From the sequence record MG655267.1: a stretch of DNA of 64,000 nucleotides; one strand, written 5' to 3'. Shown here one piece after another: positions 46,774-56,418 of the stretch. The notes under the pieces were generated by a model. That model saw only the letters and a program-made list of their open reading frames with translations, ran no database searches and was not told where the DNA came from. Position numbers and translations under genes: made by a program. Each line of letters begins with the position of its first letter. Positions within the stretch are counted from its first letter, which is position 1.

Positions 46774-48294
46774 ATGGACAAGTTACCAAGTACCGCACTG
46801 CCAAAGGTGTCAATGGTTTTATACACCGATGGCGGTTGTCGTCAAAACATCGGAGGCTGGGGAATACATGGTTATTCCTGGCTGGTTGAAGACGATGACA
46901 AAAAGAAAAAGAAAAAGCCGGCGCGTGACGTCCCGTCAACGACTGGCTACATTGTAAAAGACGATCCGAAACTCGACAGTCGTGAAGTGGTCAGGCCCCA
47001 CGAAGTGATTGAAGGGTTTGGTGGGATTTTACCTAACACCACGAATAACGTTGCGGAACTCACAGCAACTATTAATGGTATTGACTTAGCACTACAGCAG
47101 AACACAGAAAAGCTCCTCGTCATCTCCGATTCCAAATATGTCGGCGACAATGCAAAGAATCAATTGCATCGTTGGATGAAAGCCGGCTGGAAGAAAGCGG
47201 ATGGCGGGGATGTTGCCAACAAAGAGCTGTGGGAAACCCTCAGCAGCAAACTTGATGAGCTGAAGTATCGCGGCATCTCGTTTGACATCGAATGGCTGAA
47301 AGGGCATGCGGGTCACCGTGGAAATCAGTTCGCTGACTACATGGCAACCCGTGGTGTCTTTAAAGGCCGTGTTGGTGACGCTACCCCGTATTATCAGATC
47401 CAGGATGCTGGTGAGTACGATAAGTACAAAACCGAACGTCCGCGCTTTGTCACGCACTCGCGCTGGTACTTCACGTTACAGACTGAAAAGTTGATGAACA
47501 AGAATGAACAGGGCTTGTACGAGTATTGCTTTGGCCACCCAAGTAAAGGGGATGCTGATCAGCAGTACTTAGGCAAAGCGTTAGCCGACACCGCCTTTAG
47601 TGTGGTGTGGTTGAAAGCACCTGAAGAGTGTTTGGATCTGGTTTATTCACGCACCAAAGAGATCGCTACCGACGTTTACGGTAACGCCTTCATTGGTCGC
47701 CTGGATAACATTTACAACTCATTCATTCACAAAGAGATCATGGACTACGGCGGGTCGTTATTGCAACGTGCGAATAAGTACAACAATGACATCACCAACT
47801 GTACCGATGCTCAAGTGGTGCGTGAGTGTAACCCGCCAGGTATCTCTTACCGGGCACTGTCGAATTTAGGACAGCTTAGTAAGATCCTGAATGAATTTGT
47901 CAGCGACAGTTTACCTGCGACAACCAGGGTGGTAGAGATTACTGACAAAATCTACCAGACCGTGAAAGGTAAGAAAGAAGATAAGCTGGCATTGCTCGGT
48001 TCGATTCGTCAAACCGACAAAGCGCTCAAGTTCGATGTACCGTGTGATGTACTCGACAAAGCGATCTCCGTCGAAGTTACAGCCACGCTTGGATTGACCT
48101 TACCCAACCGTAATACGTTAAACGGTCTTACGGAACTCAATCCAAAGGTATACCTGTTCTTGACAAAAGAGTCCGACATTGCATTTCGCTACGGATCGAT
48201 TGTGGTATGCGATGAAGGGTATTGCATCATGGCCAACGTATACGCTGACCTGCGTACGCTGTCAAAAAAGGATCTGGAGCGTTGCGGGCAGTAA
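46774..48294 (+). CDS. rnhA: Ribonuclease HI with long C-terminal extension (phiKZ-type)
   Basis: YTDGGC, TNNVAELTA, SDSKYV, V.NKELW, EWLKGHAGHRGNQFADYMA. Confidence 0.92.
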   Translation: MDKLPSTALPKVSMVLYTDGGCRQNIGGWGIHGYSWLVEDDDKKKKKKPARDVPSTTGYIVKDDPKLDSREVVRPHEVIEGFGGILPNTTNNVAELTATINGIDLALQQNTEKLLVISDSKYVGDNAKNQLHRWMKAGWKKADGGDVANKELWETLSSKLDELKYRGISFDIEWLKGHAGHRGNQFADYMATRGVFKGRVGDATPYYQIQDAGEYDKYKTERPRFVTHSRWYFTLQTEKLMNKNEQGLYEYCFGHPSKGDADQQYLGKALADTAFSVVWLKAPEECLDLVYSRTKEIATDVYGNAFIGRLDNIYNSFIHKEIMDYGGSLLQRANKYNNDITNCTDAQVVRECNPPGISYRALSNLGQLSKILNEFVSDSLPATTRVVEITDKIYQTVKGKKEDKLALLGSIRQTDKALKFDVPCDVLDKAISVEVTATLGLTLPNRNTLNGLTELNPKVYLFLTKESDIAFRYGSIVVCDEGYCIMANVYADLRTLSKKDLERCGQ

Positions 48295-48304
48295 AGGGTG
48301 ACTT

Positions 48305-48661
48305 GTGACCACGTTATTCGCCGGTGCACCAACCAAGCTTCCGATGATGGACCTGTCTGCGATCATTGATCCAGATAAGGATATCGAGTCTCGGCTTAAA
48401 CGGAAACTGTTACTAACTTTCGTTTGTCATTGTCGACGTCCTCGTGCGAGTGCAGATGAGCTTAACCGCACACATGCACTATGCGAGGACTCGGCAGACG
48501 TTGAGCAGTGTCTTGATTACATCTCGCGCATGGGTCCTGAGTTCAGTGAAGCTTACGATGGTGTTGATCTTGAATGTGTGATGGATATCATCGGGCGTAC
48601 GCCTGAATGGCTCCGTTACGGATCTGCTATTGAAATGTGGACAGACCTCAAGCAGTTGTAG
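48305..48661 (+). CDS. Hypothetical protein
   Basis: 118-aa ORF; exact start uncertain. Confidence 0.6.
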   Translation: MTTLFAGAPTKLPMMDLSAIIDPDKDIESRLKRKLLLTFVCHCRRPRASADELNRTHALCEDSADVEQCLDYISRMGPEFSEAYDGVDLECVMDIIGRTPEWLRYGSAIEMWTDLKQL

Positions 48662-48701
48662 GGCATAAGAGGAGGGCTCACGCCCTCCTCTACTTTATGC
48701 T
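48662..48701. terminator. Bidirectional terminator flanked by GGCATAA / TTATGCT
   Basis: AGAGGAGGGC/GCCCTCCTCT stem between convergent genes. Confidence 0.8.
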
Positions 48702-48710
48702 GCTTTTTTT

Positions 48711-49508
48711 TTATTTGACTTCTTTTGCCAACTTCACTGCAGTGTTGTTCAGTGCCGTTCCTGTTGAAATGAACAGGGTATGACAAACACTATAGAGATC
48801 AGCCGCACGGGCCGTAGACAGCAGCGTCTTCGCCAGGTTGTCGATATCGGCCTTGCTGAGTACCAGTTCACCAGACTCAATCTGACTGAAGACCAGATCA
48901 GACAGTTCCGCCACGCGTTTCACCGCCAGGTTGAAATTGTAGATCTGCCCACGCTTTAACATCGCCACGAGCTTATTAAAGTCCGTGTAGACGTTGGTGA
49001 ATTCCGTCAGGTTCGGGAAGCGGGCGGCGAAGCTGATATCGGTGACATCTTTTCCACCCAGCGATTTACCCAACATTGCTTCCACTTTACCCAGGATAGC
49101 CTTGTCCACGTTCGGGGCGTACGCCACACTGGCATTACCCGCAGAGACACCCGCGAGCCAAGAGTGCAGCTTACTGATGTGGGTCGACTCCAGCATGGTG
49201 CAGAAAGCCCGGGCGGTTGCCAGGTTCTCAACCCATTCCTGATAGCTGACATTCAGGCGCGCCGGTTGATAGATCATGCGATCCATGAAGTCGGTGTAGT
49301 TGTGCGATGCCAGCGCTTTGGATAACGGGCTGAGGTCAGCGGTGATCAGATCCTGTGCAGTGCCATACGCACGATCGCTGAAGAACTTCTTAATACCATC
49401 AAAGAAGTTGCGGATGGGGGCAATAATGTTTAATGCTTCGAGGCCGGCACCGGTTGACTCACGCAGTTCCTGGTAGTCGGCTTCGAGGTTTTCAATGTTG
49501 TACGACAT
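48711..49508 (-). CDS. Probable virion head protein with cleavable propeptide
   Basis: Acidic N-terminus ending GAGLEAL; sits between RNase H and UvsX as in phiKZ-like genomes. Confidence 0.55.
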   Translation of the reverse strand: MSYNIENLEADYQELRESTGAGLEALNIIAPIRNFFDGIKKFFSDRAYGTAQDLITADLSPLSKALASHNYTDFMDRMIYQPARLNVSYQEWVENLATARAFCTMLESTHISKLHSWLAGVSAGNASVAYAPNVDKAILGKVEAMLGKSLGGKDVTDISFAARFPNLTEFTNVYTDFNKLVAMLKRGQIYNFNLAVKRVAELSDLVFSQIESGELVLSKADIDNLAKTLLSTARAADLYSVCHTLFISTGTALNNTAVKLAKEVK

Positions 49509-49589
49509 ATGTACTCCGTGAGATAAAAGTAATCTGTTACATAAGATGACTTATTATGAAGGTATTATTAATTAAAAGGACCGCACACA

Positions 49590-50975
49590 ATGTTGTCATT
49601 CGGTGAATTTGTTGAGAAGTCACGCCCTATTCGACCTTTCTTGAATATCGGCGCGGGCTTTGATATCCCAACCGGTAGCTATCGTTTCGGTAAGCACGGT
49701 GAATCTATTCTTAATGGTGGTCTGGCGCCATTCATTGCGATTGTTGGTAAAGGCAACACCTTTAAAACAGCGATCGGTTGTTTCATGATGACCCGCGTGC
49801 TGGAGCGCTACAATAACTCTAACGGCCTGCACTACGATACCGAGTGTACGTTCAGTGCTGATCGTCTTACCAGTCTTACCAGTCGTCTGGGTCCGAATGC
49901 TGCTGCAGAGTGGCTGGCCAACGAACGTATCTACCTGACTGATGACTCCATCATTAAAGGTAACCAGTGGTTTAAGAAATCGGTGCAGGAATACTCCGAA
50001 GCGAAGAAGAAAGCCAAAATGGGTACGCTGCCGTTTGTGGATAAAGATGGGAACCTGATCCCGTACCCATACCCGACAGTCAACTTTGGCGATTCCATGT
50101 CTGAGATGAAATTCGACGATCTGGAAAAGAACTACGCCAAGATGGAAATCGGCCAGGGTGAAATGCAAACGGAAGCCATGCGTGTGTCGAATGCCAAACG
50201 CATGTTAATCGAAAAGACCCAGGGTTACGCCAACGCCGGCGGCATGTATGTCATCATGACAGCGCACTTAGGTAAAGAGCTGAACATGGACGGCAAACCA
50301 CAAGAGAAGAAAACCACCTTTATGAAACAAGGTGACAAAATCTCTAAGGTGCCTTCACAGATCCTCTCTCTGCCAAACAACGCCTGGGAGATCTCTACCG
50401 GTACGGTGTTGATCGATAAGAACACCAAAGAGTGGATGTACCCGAAACAGGGTCGCAATGACGTGGATACCAATGGTAACCCGGACATGATCACTCTGGT
50501 GGCGAAGAACCTGCGCGGGAAGAATGGCCCGTCTGGTGTGCCGTGGGAGTTCGTGATGTCACAGTCTGAAGGCTTGCTGCCATCCCTGACTGAGTTCCAC
50601 TACATTAAGAACAACGGCCGTTATGGCCTGGGCGGTAATGACCGTAATTATTATGTTGAATTGTGCCCAGATATCAAGCTGCAGCGCACCACCGTGCGTG
50701 ATCGCATCGACGATAACCCTGAGTTACGTCGGGCATTAGAGATCACCATGGAGATGTGTCAGATGCGTTTCCTGTGGCATACCCGCGATCCAAAGTACAA
50801 CATGACTCCTCAGGAACTGCGCGAAGGCCTGGAGAAGAAAGGGTACAAATGGGATCAGCTACTCAACACCCGTGGGTTCTGGACGTTTGAAGAAGACAAC
50901 CATCCATTACCATTCTTAAGCACAATGGATCTACTCCGCATGTATCATGATGAGTATCGCCCATACTGGCTGTAA
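49590..50975 (+). CDS. uvsX: UvsX/RecA-like recombinase (phiKZ-type)
   Basis: AIVGKGNTFKT P-loop, YDTE, NFGDSMSE Walker B-like, KNLRGKNGPSG; phiKZ-like synteny. Confidence 0.8.
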   Translation: MLSFGEFVEKSRPIRPFLNIGAGFDIPTGSYRFGKHGESILNGGLAPFIAIVGKGNTFKTAIGCFMMTRVLERYNNSNGLHYDTECTFSADRLTSLTSRLGPNAAAEWLANERIYLTDDSIIKGNQWFKKSVQEYSEAKKKAKMGTLPFVDKDGNLIPYPYPTVNFGDSMSEMKFDDLEKNYAKMEIGQGEMQTEAMRVSNAKRMLIEKTQGYANAGGMYVIMTAHLGKELNMDGKPQEKKTTFMKQGDKISKVPSQILSLPNNAWEISTGTVLIDKNTKEWMYPKQGRNDVDTNGNPDMITLVAKNLRGKNGPSGVPWEFVMSQSEGLLPSLTEFHYIKNNGRYGLGGNDRNYYVELCPDIKLQRTTVRDRIDDNPELRRALEITMEMCQMRFLWHTRDPKYNMTPQELREGLEKKGYKWDQLLNTRGFWTFEEDNHPLPFLSTMDLLRMYHDEYRPYWL

Positions 50976-51055
50976 GTGTACCCACTGTGGGAGAGGGTTA
51001 TCCCTCTCCTTCTTATACCGTCAGTAGAGGGAAATAAGCTAATAGGAAGCAGTAT

Positions 51056-51475
51056 ATGCTTAACAAAGAAATACGCATTGTCGTTGCGTCGACTAAAGGT
51101 TTCAACGACGCAGAGCGTTTAAAACTGACTATTGACGGCCTCCTGGAAGATATCTACTACCTCAACGAAGGGGTGGGCGATGAGGACGAGGAGTTGATCA
51201 CTGATGCCAAGATCGTTTTCATCACCAATGGCGAACACAAAACAGCGGCTGAGTTGCTGCCTGGTGTGTTGGGTGATCGGAACATCGACATCGAAGTGAT
51301 CAAGGTTGATTGGTCAAAAGGTAAGAAAGCGTTTTTTGATAACTGCGCTGTATTGGGTGCGAAGTCGACCCACGGCGTCATTTTTACGGACAGCAAAGAT
51401 GACGGGATGCAGACACTGCTGAAAGCATGTCTCGATGCCGGCTCACGCGTTCGTACTTATAGCTCTGCTATTTGA
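51056..51475 (+). CDS. Degenerate YspA-like SLOG domain protein
   Basis: IRIVVASTKGFND...IEVIKVDW.KGKKA...GVIFTDSKDDGM follows the YspA/DUF2493 pattern with key glycines lost. Confidence 0.55.
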   Translation: MLNKEIRIVVASTKGFNDAERLKLTIDGLLEDIYYLNEGVGDEDEELITDAKIVFITNGEHKTAAELLPGVLGDRNIDIEVIKVDWSKGKKAFFDNCAVLGAKSTHGVIFTDSKDDGMQTLLKACLDAGSRVRTYSSAI

Positions 51476-51488
51476 GAAAGGTAACCCC

Positions 51489-51935
51489 ATGATAGCCTCA
51501 GAAGCTCACGTTAGTATACTTGACGTTAATGTCACCCACGTTATATGCACAGTTAATTGCGAAGGGCATATGGGTCGTGGCATAGCCTTGTATCTGCGTA
51601 AGTGTATTCCGGGGCTATATGAGCGGTATAAACACCTGTGCAGTTTAGGGATCATCACGGTAGACAAACTCTGGATCTACCCATCACACCCCCGTCAGAT
51701 TCTCTGCTTTCCAACCAAAGATAAAACCTGGGAAGACAGCAAGCTTGAATGGATCGAAGCCAATCTCATAAAGCTTCGTGACAACTACAAAACAAAAGGC
51801 ATTGTCTCTGTGGCGATGCCTCCTCTTGGATGTGGAAACGGTAACCTAAAGTGGGATGAGGTGCGGAGCCTCATTTATGCCATCTTGGGTGATTGTGACC
51901 TTGAAGTCCACATCTGTTTAGGTAAACCGAAGTGA
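51489..51935 (+). CDS. Macrodomain ADP-ribose hydrolase (DarG/Poa1p-like)
   Basis: TVNCEGHMGRGIA, ILCFPTKD.W, I.SVAMPPLGCGNGNLKWDEV. Confidence 0.88.
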   Translation: MIASEAHVSILDVNVTHVICTVNCEGHMGRGIALYLRKCIPGLYERYKHLCSLGIITVDKLWIYPSHPRQILCFPTKDKTWEDSKLEWIEANLIKLRDNYKTKGIVSVAMPPLGCGNGNLKWDEVRSLIYAILGDCDLEVHICLGKPK

Positions 51936-51964
51936 GGGAAACACCCTGAATAGGAGCCAGTATT

Positions 51965-52846
51965 ATGTCTGATAACGCACACGTTTTACCCGATCCACGC
52001 GAAGATGGCAAGACGCATATCAACGTCTATAGCCGTGGCGCTACGTGGTTAGGACAGCAGCTTTCTAATATGTCCTACTACGACTTCGCACATCCACGCT
52101 ACGGCGTGTTCGCCTCGTTGGAGGGCTTCTGGTATTGGTTGTCTACGGGCAAGCAACACGAGGAGTTACGGAAGCTTGCCGGGGTCAAAGCGAAAATGAC
52201 TGGCCGGGAGTTCGAGACGATCCCAGATGACAACTTTGAAGAAGAGTTCAAAGAAGCCATGCGCCTGCGTCTGGAACAACACCCGATCATCGCCAATGCC
52301 CTGGCCGAATCCTTACTGCCGTTAAAGCACTACTATTGTTACGGCGGGAAAGTGGTCGACTTGTATGACCGCCACAAATGGCAGATGGACTTCTACGAGG
52401 AGTGGCGTAAAGCCAATGCTCCCGAAGACACCACCTTGGTGCTGTTGATCTCTGGTTCACGTAAAGAGAAAGACTACGACGCCTTTAAGCACATCGTGAT
52501 GACCTACCTGCAACCGTATATCGACAAGGTAAAGGACACGTACAAGATCACCCTGCTCTCGGGGCTCGCCTGGGAAGGTCCTGATGACATGGCAATTCGT
52601 CTGTGTCGGGAAGAAGGCTTCATGTTGATTGGCCTACCGGCGAAGTGGAAAGAGCAAGGCAAAGCCGCAGGCATGATCCGCAATGGTGCCATGGGGCGGT
52701 TGTGTAACAAAGCTCTGGTGTTCTGGGACGGTGAATCACCGGGGACAAAAGGGATGATTGATTACCTGAAGAAAAATACTATAGACCATCTTGTGTATTT
52801 ACACGGTAAACATGAACCTGACTGGAAAGCCCCGGAGACATCATGA
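51965..52846 (+). CDS. NADAR-like domain fused to YspA-like SLOG domain
   Basis: N-half HINVYS..LG..LSN, FASLEGFWYWL, A.G..AK..GR; C-half LLISGSR, LLSGLA.EGPD, PAKW..GKAAGMIRN, VFWDGESPGTKGMI. Confidence 0.72.
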   Translation: MSDNAHVLPDPREDGKTHINVYSRGATWLGQQLSNMSYYDFAHPRYGVFASLEGFWYWLSTGKQHEELRKLAGVKAKMTGREFETIPDDNFEEEFKEAMRLRLEQHPIIANALAESLLPLKHYYCYGGKVVDLYDRHKWQMDFYEEWRKANAPEDTTLVLLISGSRKEKDYDAFKHIVMTYLQPYIDKVKDTYKITLLSGLAWEGPDDMAIRLCREEGFMLIGLPAKWKEQGKAAGMIRNGAMGRLCNKALVFWDGESPGTKGMIDYLKKNTIDHLVYLHGKHEPDWKAPETS

Positions 52847-53517
52847 CCCCAGCACGCGAACAGACCCAGCAATTTGTGATCGAGGCTATTGCTGAGATTC
52901 TACCCGGTTCTAAGAACCGGGATATCTATATCGACTTCTTCTCGCGGTTGAGCGATGAGGCGTTTGATGCCCTGATGCAACGGATGGATGAAGACCAGGA
53001 GATCTTCCCCTTCTACCATCCGAACTTTACCGGCACGGTAATTGATGTTGAACGTGTGATCAAGTTAATTGAAAAGCACGGCGACACCATCATGGAGCAG
53101 CTCTGGGATATCGACCCGGAAACCGGGTTGCAGTACCTGACTCCATTGAAGTATCCGGTGCTGTTACTTCCGCTGCGTATTCAGCAGCAGAAGCTGCAGA
53201 AGAAGATGTCGATTCCCAAAGACAACAACCACATCGACGATCTGACTAACCAACCCACCACCGAATCCAAAGGAGCTTCCTTGTCTTACCCGGAAGTGCA
53301 GATCATCTATGCCATGGGTGGTGACAAGATCCTGGAAGAGACCATGAAGGTTCGTGGTGGTGATGAGAAGGCGTTTCGTGATTACAATAACGAAATCATT
53401 GCAAGCGGCGGTGTCACCATTGGCGCAATCAGCAGCAGCAAGACCAAAGTGAAGTCCACCAAAACCGTGCAAGTGATTCTTGAGGCCATGCACCTGAGCA
53501 ACAACCTGGCCAGTTAA
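52843..53517 (+). CDS. RNA polymerase beta subunit, C-terminal fragment (split phiKZ-type, probably virion RNAP)
   Basis: LTNQP..SKG.SLSYPEVQ..YAMG..KILEETMKVRGGD parallels the RpoB C-terminus (VTQQP..GKA..GEMEVWALEAYG..LQEMLTVKSDD); synteny with uvsX. Confidence 0.8.
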   Translation: MTPAREQTQQFVIEAIAEILPGSKNRDIYIDFFSRLSDEAFDALMQRMDEDQEIFPFYHPNFTGTVIDVERVIKLIEKHGDTIMEQLWDIDPETGLQYLTPLKYPVLLLPLRIQQQKLQKKMSIPKDNNHIDDLTNQPTTESKGASLSYPEVQIIYAMGGDKILEETMKVRGGDEKAFRDYNNEIIASGGVTIGAISSSKTKVKSTKTVQVILEAMHLSNNLAS

Positions 53518-53526
53518 GGATGCAAC

Positions 53527-54087
53527 ATGAGTAGCTTGATAAACAACCTGACCGGTAAAAACAAAGTTGAGTTCAGCCCGATTGATCTTGACAGTGAAGT
53601 CGAGCGGGTTGTCTCTGAGTATGTCGGTACATACTTACGTAACCGTATCTTTCTGGCGGCGCAATCGAAGATACCGGTGAATGAAGACCCGGGGTATCTG
53701 CAGATCGTAAACTTCTTAGCGTTGGTGAACATGGAGTTCAACCATATGCGCATGTGGTCTACGTCCGACATGACCAATACCGTCTGGCCACAGATCGTTG
53801 AAGATGAGTATGTGTTGCGCTTTGTGTTTAAAGGCACCACTCATGTCAGCGTGCGGTGCTTTGATGGCGATGTGCCTTTTCAGAAACTGGTTGACCATGT
53901 GGCCGGTTCCCTGAGTTGCATGTCGCACGGTGGAAATGAAATCATCGCTGCGGCGTTAACCCAGGTCCTGCCACGCAATGACGAACTGGTTGAGCTCTTT
54001 ACCGGTAACCAATGGTCGTTGTTCATTTATTACCTGACGCGCATTAACATCATTGAGATTGTGACCAATTCGGGAGGTAGTGTATAA
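53527..54087 (+). CDS. Hypothetical core-region protein
   Basis: 186-aa ORF with AAGGA SD. Confidence 0.75.
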   Translation: MSSLINNLTGKNKVEFSPIDLDSEVERVVSEYVGTYLRNRIFLAAQSKIPVNEDPGYLQIVNFLALVNMEFNHMRMWSTSDMTNTVWPQIVEDEYVLRFVFKGTTHVSVRCFDGDVPFQKLVDHVAGSLSCMSHGGNEIIAAALTQVLPRNDELVELFTGNQWSLFIYYLTRINIIEIVTNSGGSV

Positions 54088-54815
54088 TGGTGGGCGGAGA
54101 TCGTATTGGGTGTTACGTCCCCCTGGATGCTTTGTTGGATACCCGTATCGGGGTCATTGACCAAGTGGCCGGGGAAGTAGGATTGGAGTTGGTTAAGTCA
54201 TGGTACCATACTCGCACGGCTGATCGTTTTGACCGAAAAGGCACACCGTTAACGCAGGCGGCATATCAGGCAGCCTGGGCCGCCCGCAGTGAAGAGACCT
54301 TAAAGCGTACACGCATGACCTTTGTGCCGATGTACCTGATGAACCTGATCAGTCGCTTTAACACCTCACACGGCATGCCGATCATGGCCGCGACCTACAA
54401 CATCACGGTGAACACGTATCCGTATCGGTTATCCGATGAGCGCAAAGAGCAGCTGCAAAAGATCATCGAAACGTACACGTCGGGCATTGCTGAAATCACC
54501 ATTGATTACATCAGTCCAGCAGACCTGACTGTCGAGTACGTGAAGGCGAACTACTCCGTGTGCATCATGTATGAGTTTGATGAGTGGTTGATGCTGCATA
54601 AAGACGAGTTCAGCCAGACCCAGATGCCCGGGACCGTAATCCTGGCACCTAAGTTGTATCTGGCGGATGTGGGGGAAGATGTGATTAAGCGGGCAGAGCA
54701 GACCGATGGCTTTGCAGGCCTGAGCCTGGCACTCTGTGCATTGGTGACAGTGGTGTTCCTGGATGTAAGGTTGTTCTCTTATGTCACAGACACACCACCG
54801 AATCTGGATGAGTGA
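54087..54815 (+). CDS. Hypothetical core-region protein
   Basis: GGAGGT SD; LDALLDTRIG motif. Confidence 0.75.
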   Translation: MVGGDRIGCYVPLDALLDTRIGVIDQVAGEVGLELVKSWYHTRTADRFDRKGTPLTQAAYQAAWAARSEETLKRTRMTFVPMYLMNLISRFNTSHGMPIMAATYNITVNTYPYRLSDERKEQLQKIIETYTSGIAEITIDYISPADLTVEYVKANYSVCIMYEFDEWLMLHKDEFSQTQMPGTVILAPKLYLADVGEDVIKRAEQTDGFAGLSLALCALVTVVFLDVRLFSYVTDTPPNLDE

Positions 54816-55274
54816 TTACTTCTTTTCGCCGCCTGGGTTCATGATATCATCGTACTCGATGTGTTCACTGCCTTGACGGGTCTCACCTGTTTTAAACTCC
54901 GGTACCGGTAACTGACTGGCATCCGGGGTTGGAGCAGGGGCAGCGGCAATCGAGGTATCTGCACCTTCACCACGCAGGGCAAAACCACCGGCAGCCAACA
55001 CTTGCTTAACTGCACCGATGATAACAGCACCTTGCGCTTCATCGTTCTCTTGGGCTTTCTGCTCAAGGTCAAGACGTTGACGGTTAATGATGGATTTGTC
55101 GATATCGCCCATCGCGGTCAGGGCGATCTTCAGCATCTTCGGGTCTTGTAGGTTAGCCTTAACGGGTGCGCCGGACTGTTCATCCTTCGCGTCAAGGATA
55201 TCTTCAACAATCCCTAACCGTCGCATTTGCATACGACGCATCAAGGCCGCATCGTCTAATTCATAATCAGCCAT
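54816..55274 (-). CDS. Hypothetical protein
   Basis: GGAGG SD, start MADYELDD at 55274. Confidence 0.75.
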   Translation of the reverse strand: MADYELDDAALMRRMQMRRLGIVEDILDAKDEQSGAPVKANLQDPKMLKIALTAMGDIDKSIINRQRLDLEQKAQENDEAQGAVIIGAVKQVLAAGGFALRGEGADTSIAAAPAPTPDASQLPVPEFKTGETRQGSEHIEYDDIMNPGGEKK

Positions 55275-55295
55275 GAGGCCTCCAGAATAATTCAC

Positions 55296-55315
55296 ACCTA
55301 CATTATCTAGGTGAT
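55296..55315 (+). promoter_or_regulatory. Putative early promoter (variant)
   Basis: ACCTACATTAT-CTAG-GTGAT in a divergent intergenic gap. Confidence 0.6.
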
Positions 55316-55339
55316 CGTAGTGTATTAAAAGGAATCGTT

Positions 55340-55870
55340 ATGCGCTTTTTTAAAAAGCTTGCACTCAAACGATGCATGGCGATGTTGCGTGATGCGAAGC
55401 ACGATACCTTCACCGCGCAAGAAAGCATGAACGTTCTACATGTGCTTGATACCGTGATTTCCACGGACGGCATCATAAAATATTTCGATGTTCGGGTTTC
55501 GCTCTCCATATTGATGGAAACACAACTCCCCAATGCGATGGCGATGCTGGACTTGATCACCGAAATAAACAAACACATTCAAAAGGATTTGGATGCCACG
55601 TTACCGGATCACGGGACACTATTTGCTGAGTTTCGTGATCTGCGAGTCTTAAGCTTATATGACTGGTTATCTGATAGCGCGGGTCGAGTAGTAGATGCAC
55701 CACACTTTTACCAACTGTTCATTGATCAGTTGAACCAATTAATTACCGTTATAGTGAACTGTGAAGACCAGGCAACCCAACAGTATTATCTGCGTAGATT
55801 GCAACCACTCTACAACGAATTACTGGGAACAGTGTATGCGGCGTTACACTGCGGAATGCTGAGTCTCTAA
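55340..55870 (+). CDS. Hypothetical protein
   Basis: AAGGA SD; 176 aa. Confidence 0.75.
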   Translation: MRFFKKLALKRCMAMLRDAKHDTFTAQESMNVLHVLDTVISTDGIIKYFDVRVSLSILMETQLPNAMAMLDLITEINKHIQKDLDATLPDHGTLFAEFRDLRVLSLYDWLSDSAGRVVDAPHFYQLFIDQLNQLITVIVNCEDQATQQYYLRRLQPLYNELLGTVYAALHCGMLSL

Positions 55871-55881
55871 GGAGTTATCAG

Positions 55882-56346
55882 GTGTCTGACAAGAAAAAAC
55901 CAAGGGATCAATTGACGGAGATGTTAACCGATCCGACAAAGCGGTCACGGCAGACCGCGCATCCGTTGGTGAGGCTCTGGCGACAATTCATGGCACGGGA
56001 GCTCATCACTCCTTCCAAATGGGGTGCCTTGATTGCCGAGCACATCACTCGATTGCGACAATACAAAGAAATGGATGTCCAGGCTGTTGGTACCGAACGG
56101 GGTAATTTAAAGAAAGCGTTTATTGAAAAGAACACCATGTCTTTTTCGGCGTTTCAACGTGGCTTACGTTTCCTGGGTTTTGCCAAGGTCACGATCATCG
56201 TCATTGCAGAGCGACCTAATGGTGAGAAGGTTGAAGAGCGTGTCGAGATTGAATTAATTAAGCGTATGTTTACAGCAGGAACACCGCCAGCCACACCGCC
56301 GACAGAGAAAGATAAACCCGATTCTGATAAACCGCCTGAGAAGTAA
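55882..56346 (+). CDS. Hypothetical basic protein
   Basis: AAGGAG SD, GTG start. Confidence 0.75.
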   Translation: MSDKKKPRDQLTEMLTDPTKRSRQTAHPLVRLWRQFMARELITPSKWGALIAEHITRLRQYKEMDVQAVGTERGNLKKAFIEKNTMSFSAFQRGLRFLGFAKVTIIVIAERPNGEKVEERVEIELIKRMFTAGTPPATPPTEKDKPDSDKPPEK

Positions 56347-56418
56347 AGACGATACTATAGAAGATGGGACTTCGGTCCCATCGCTATTCCCTTCTTTTTT
56401 TTTTGTTGAGGTTTGATC

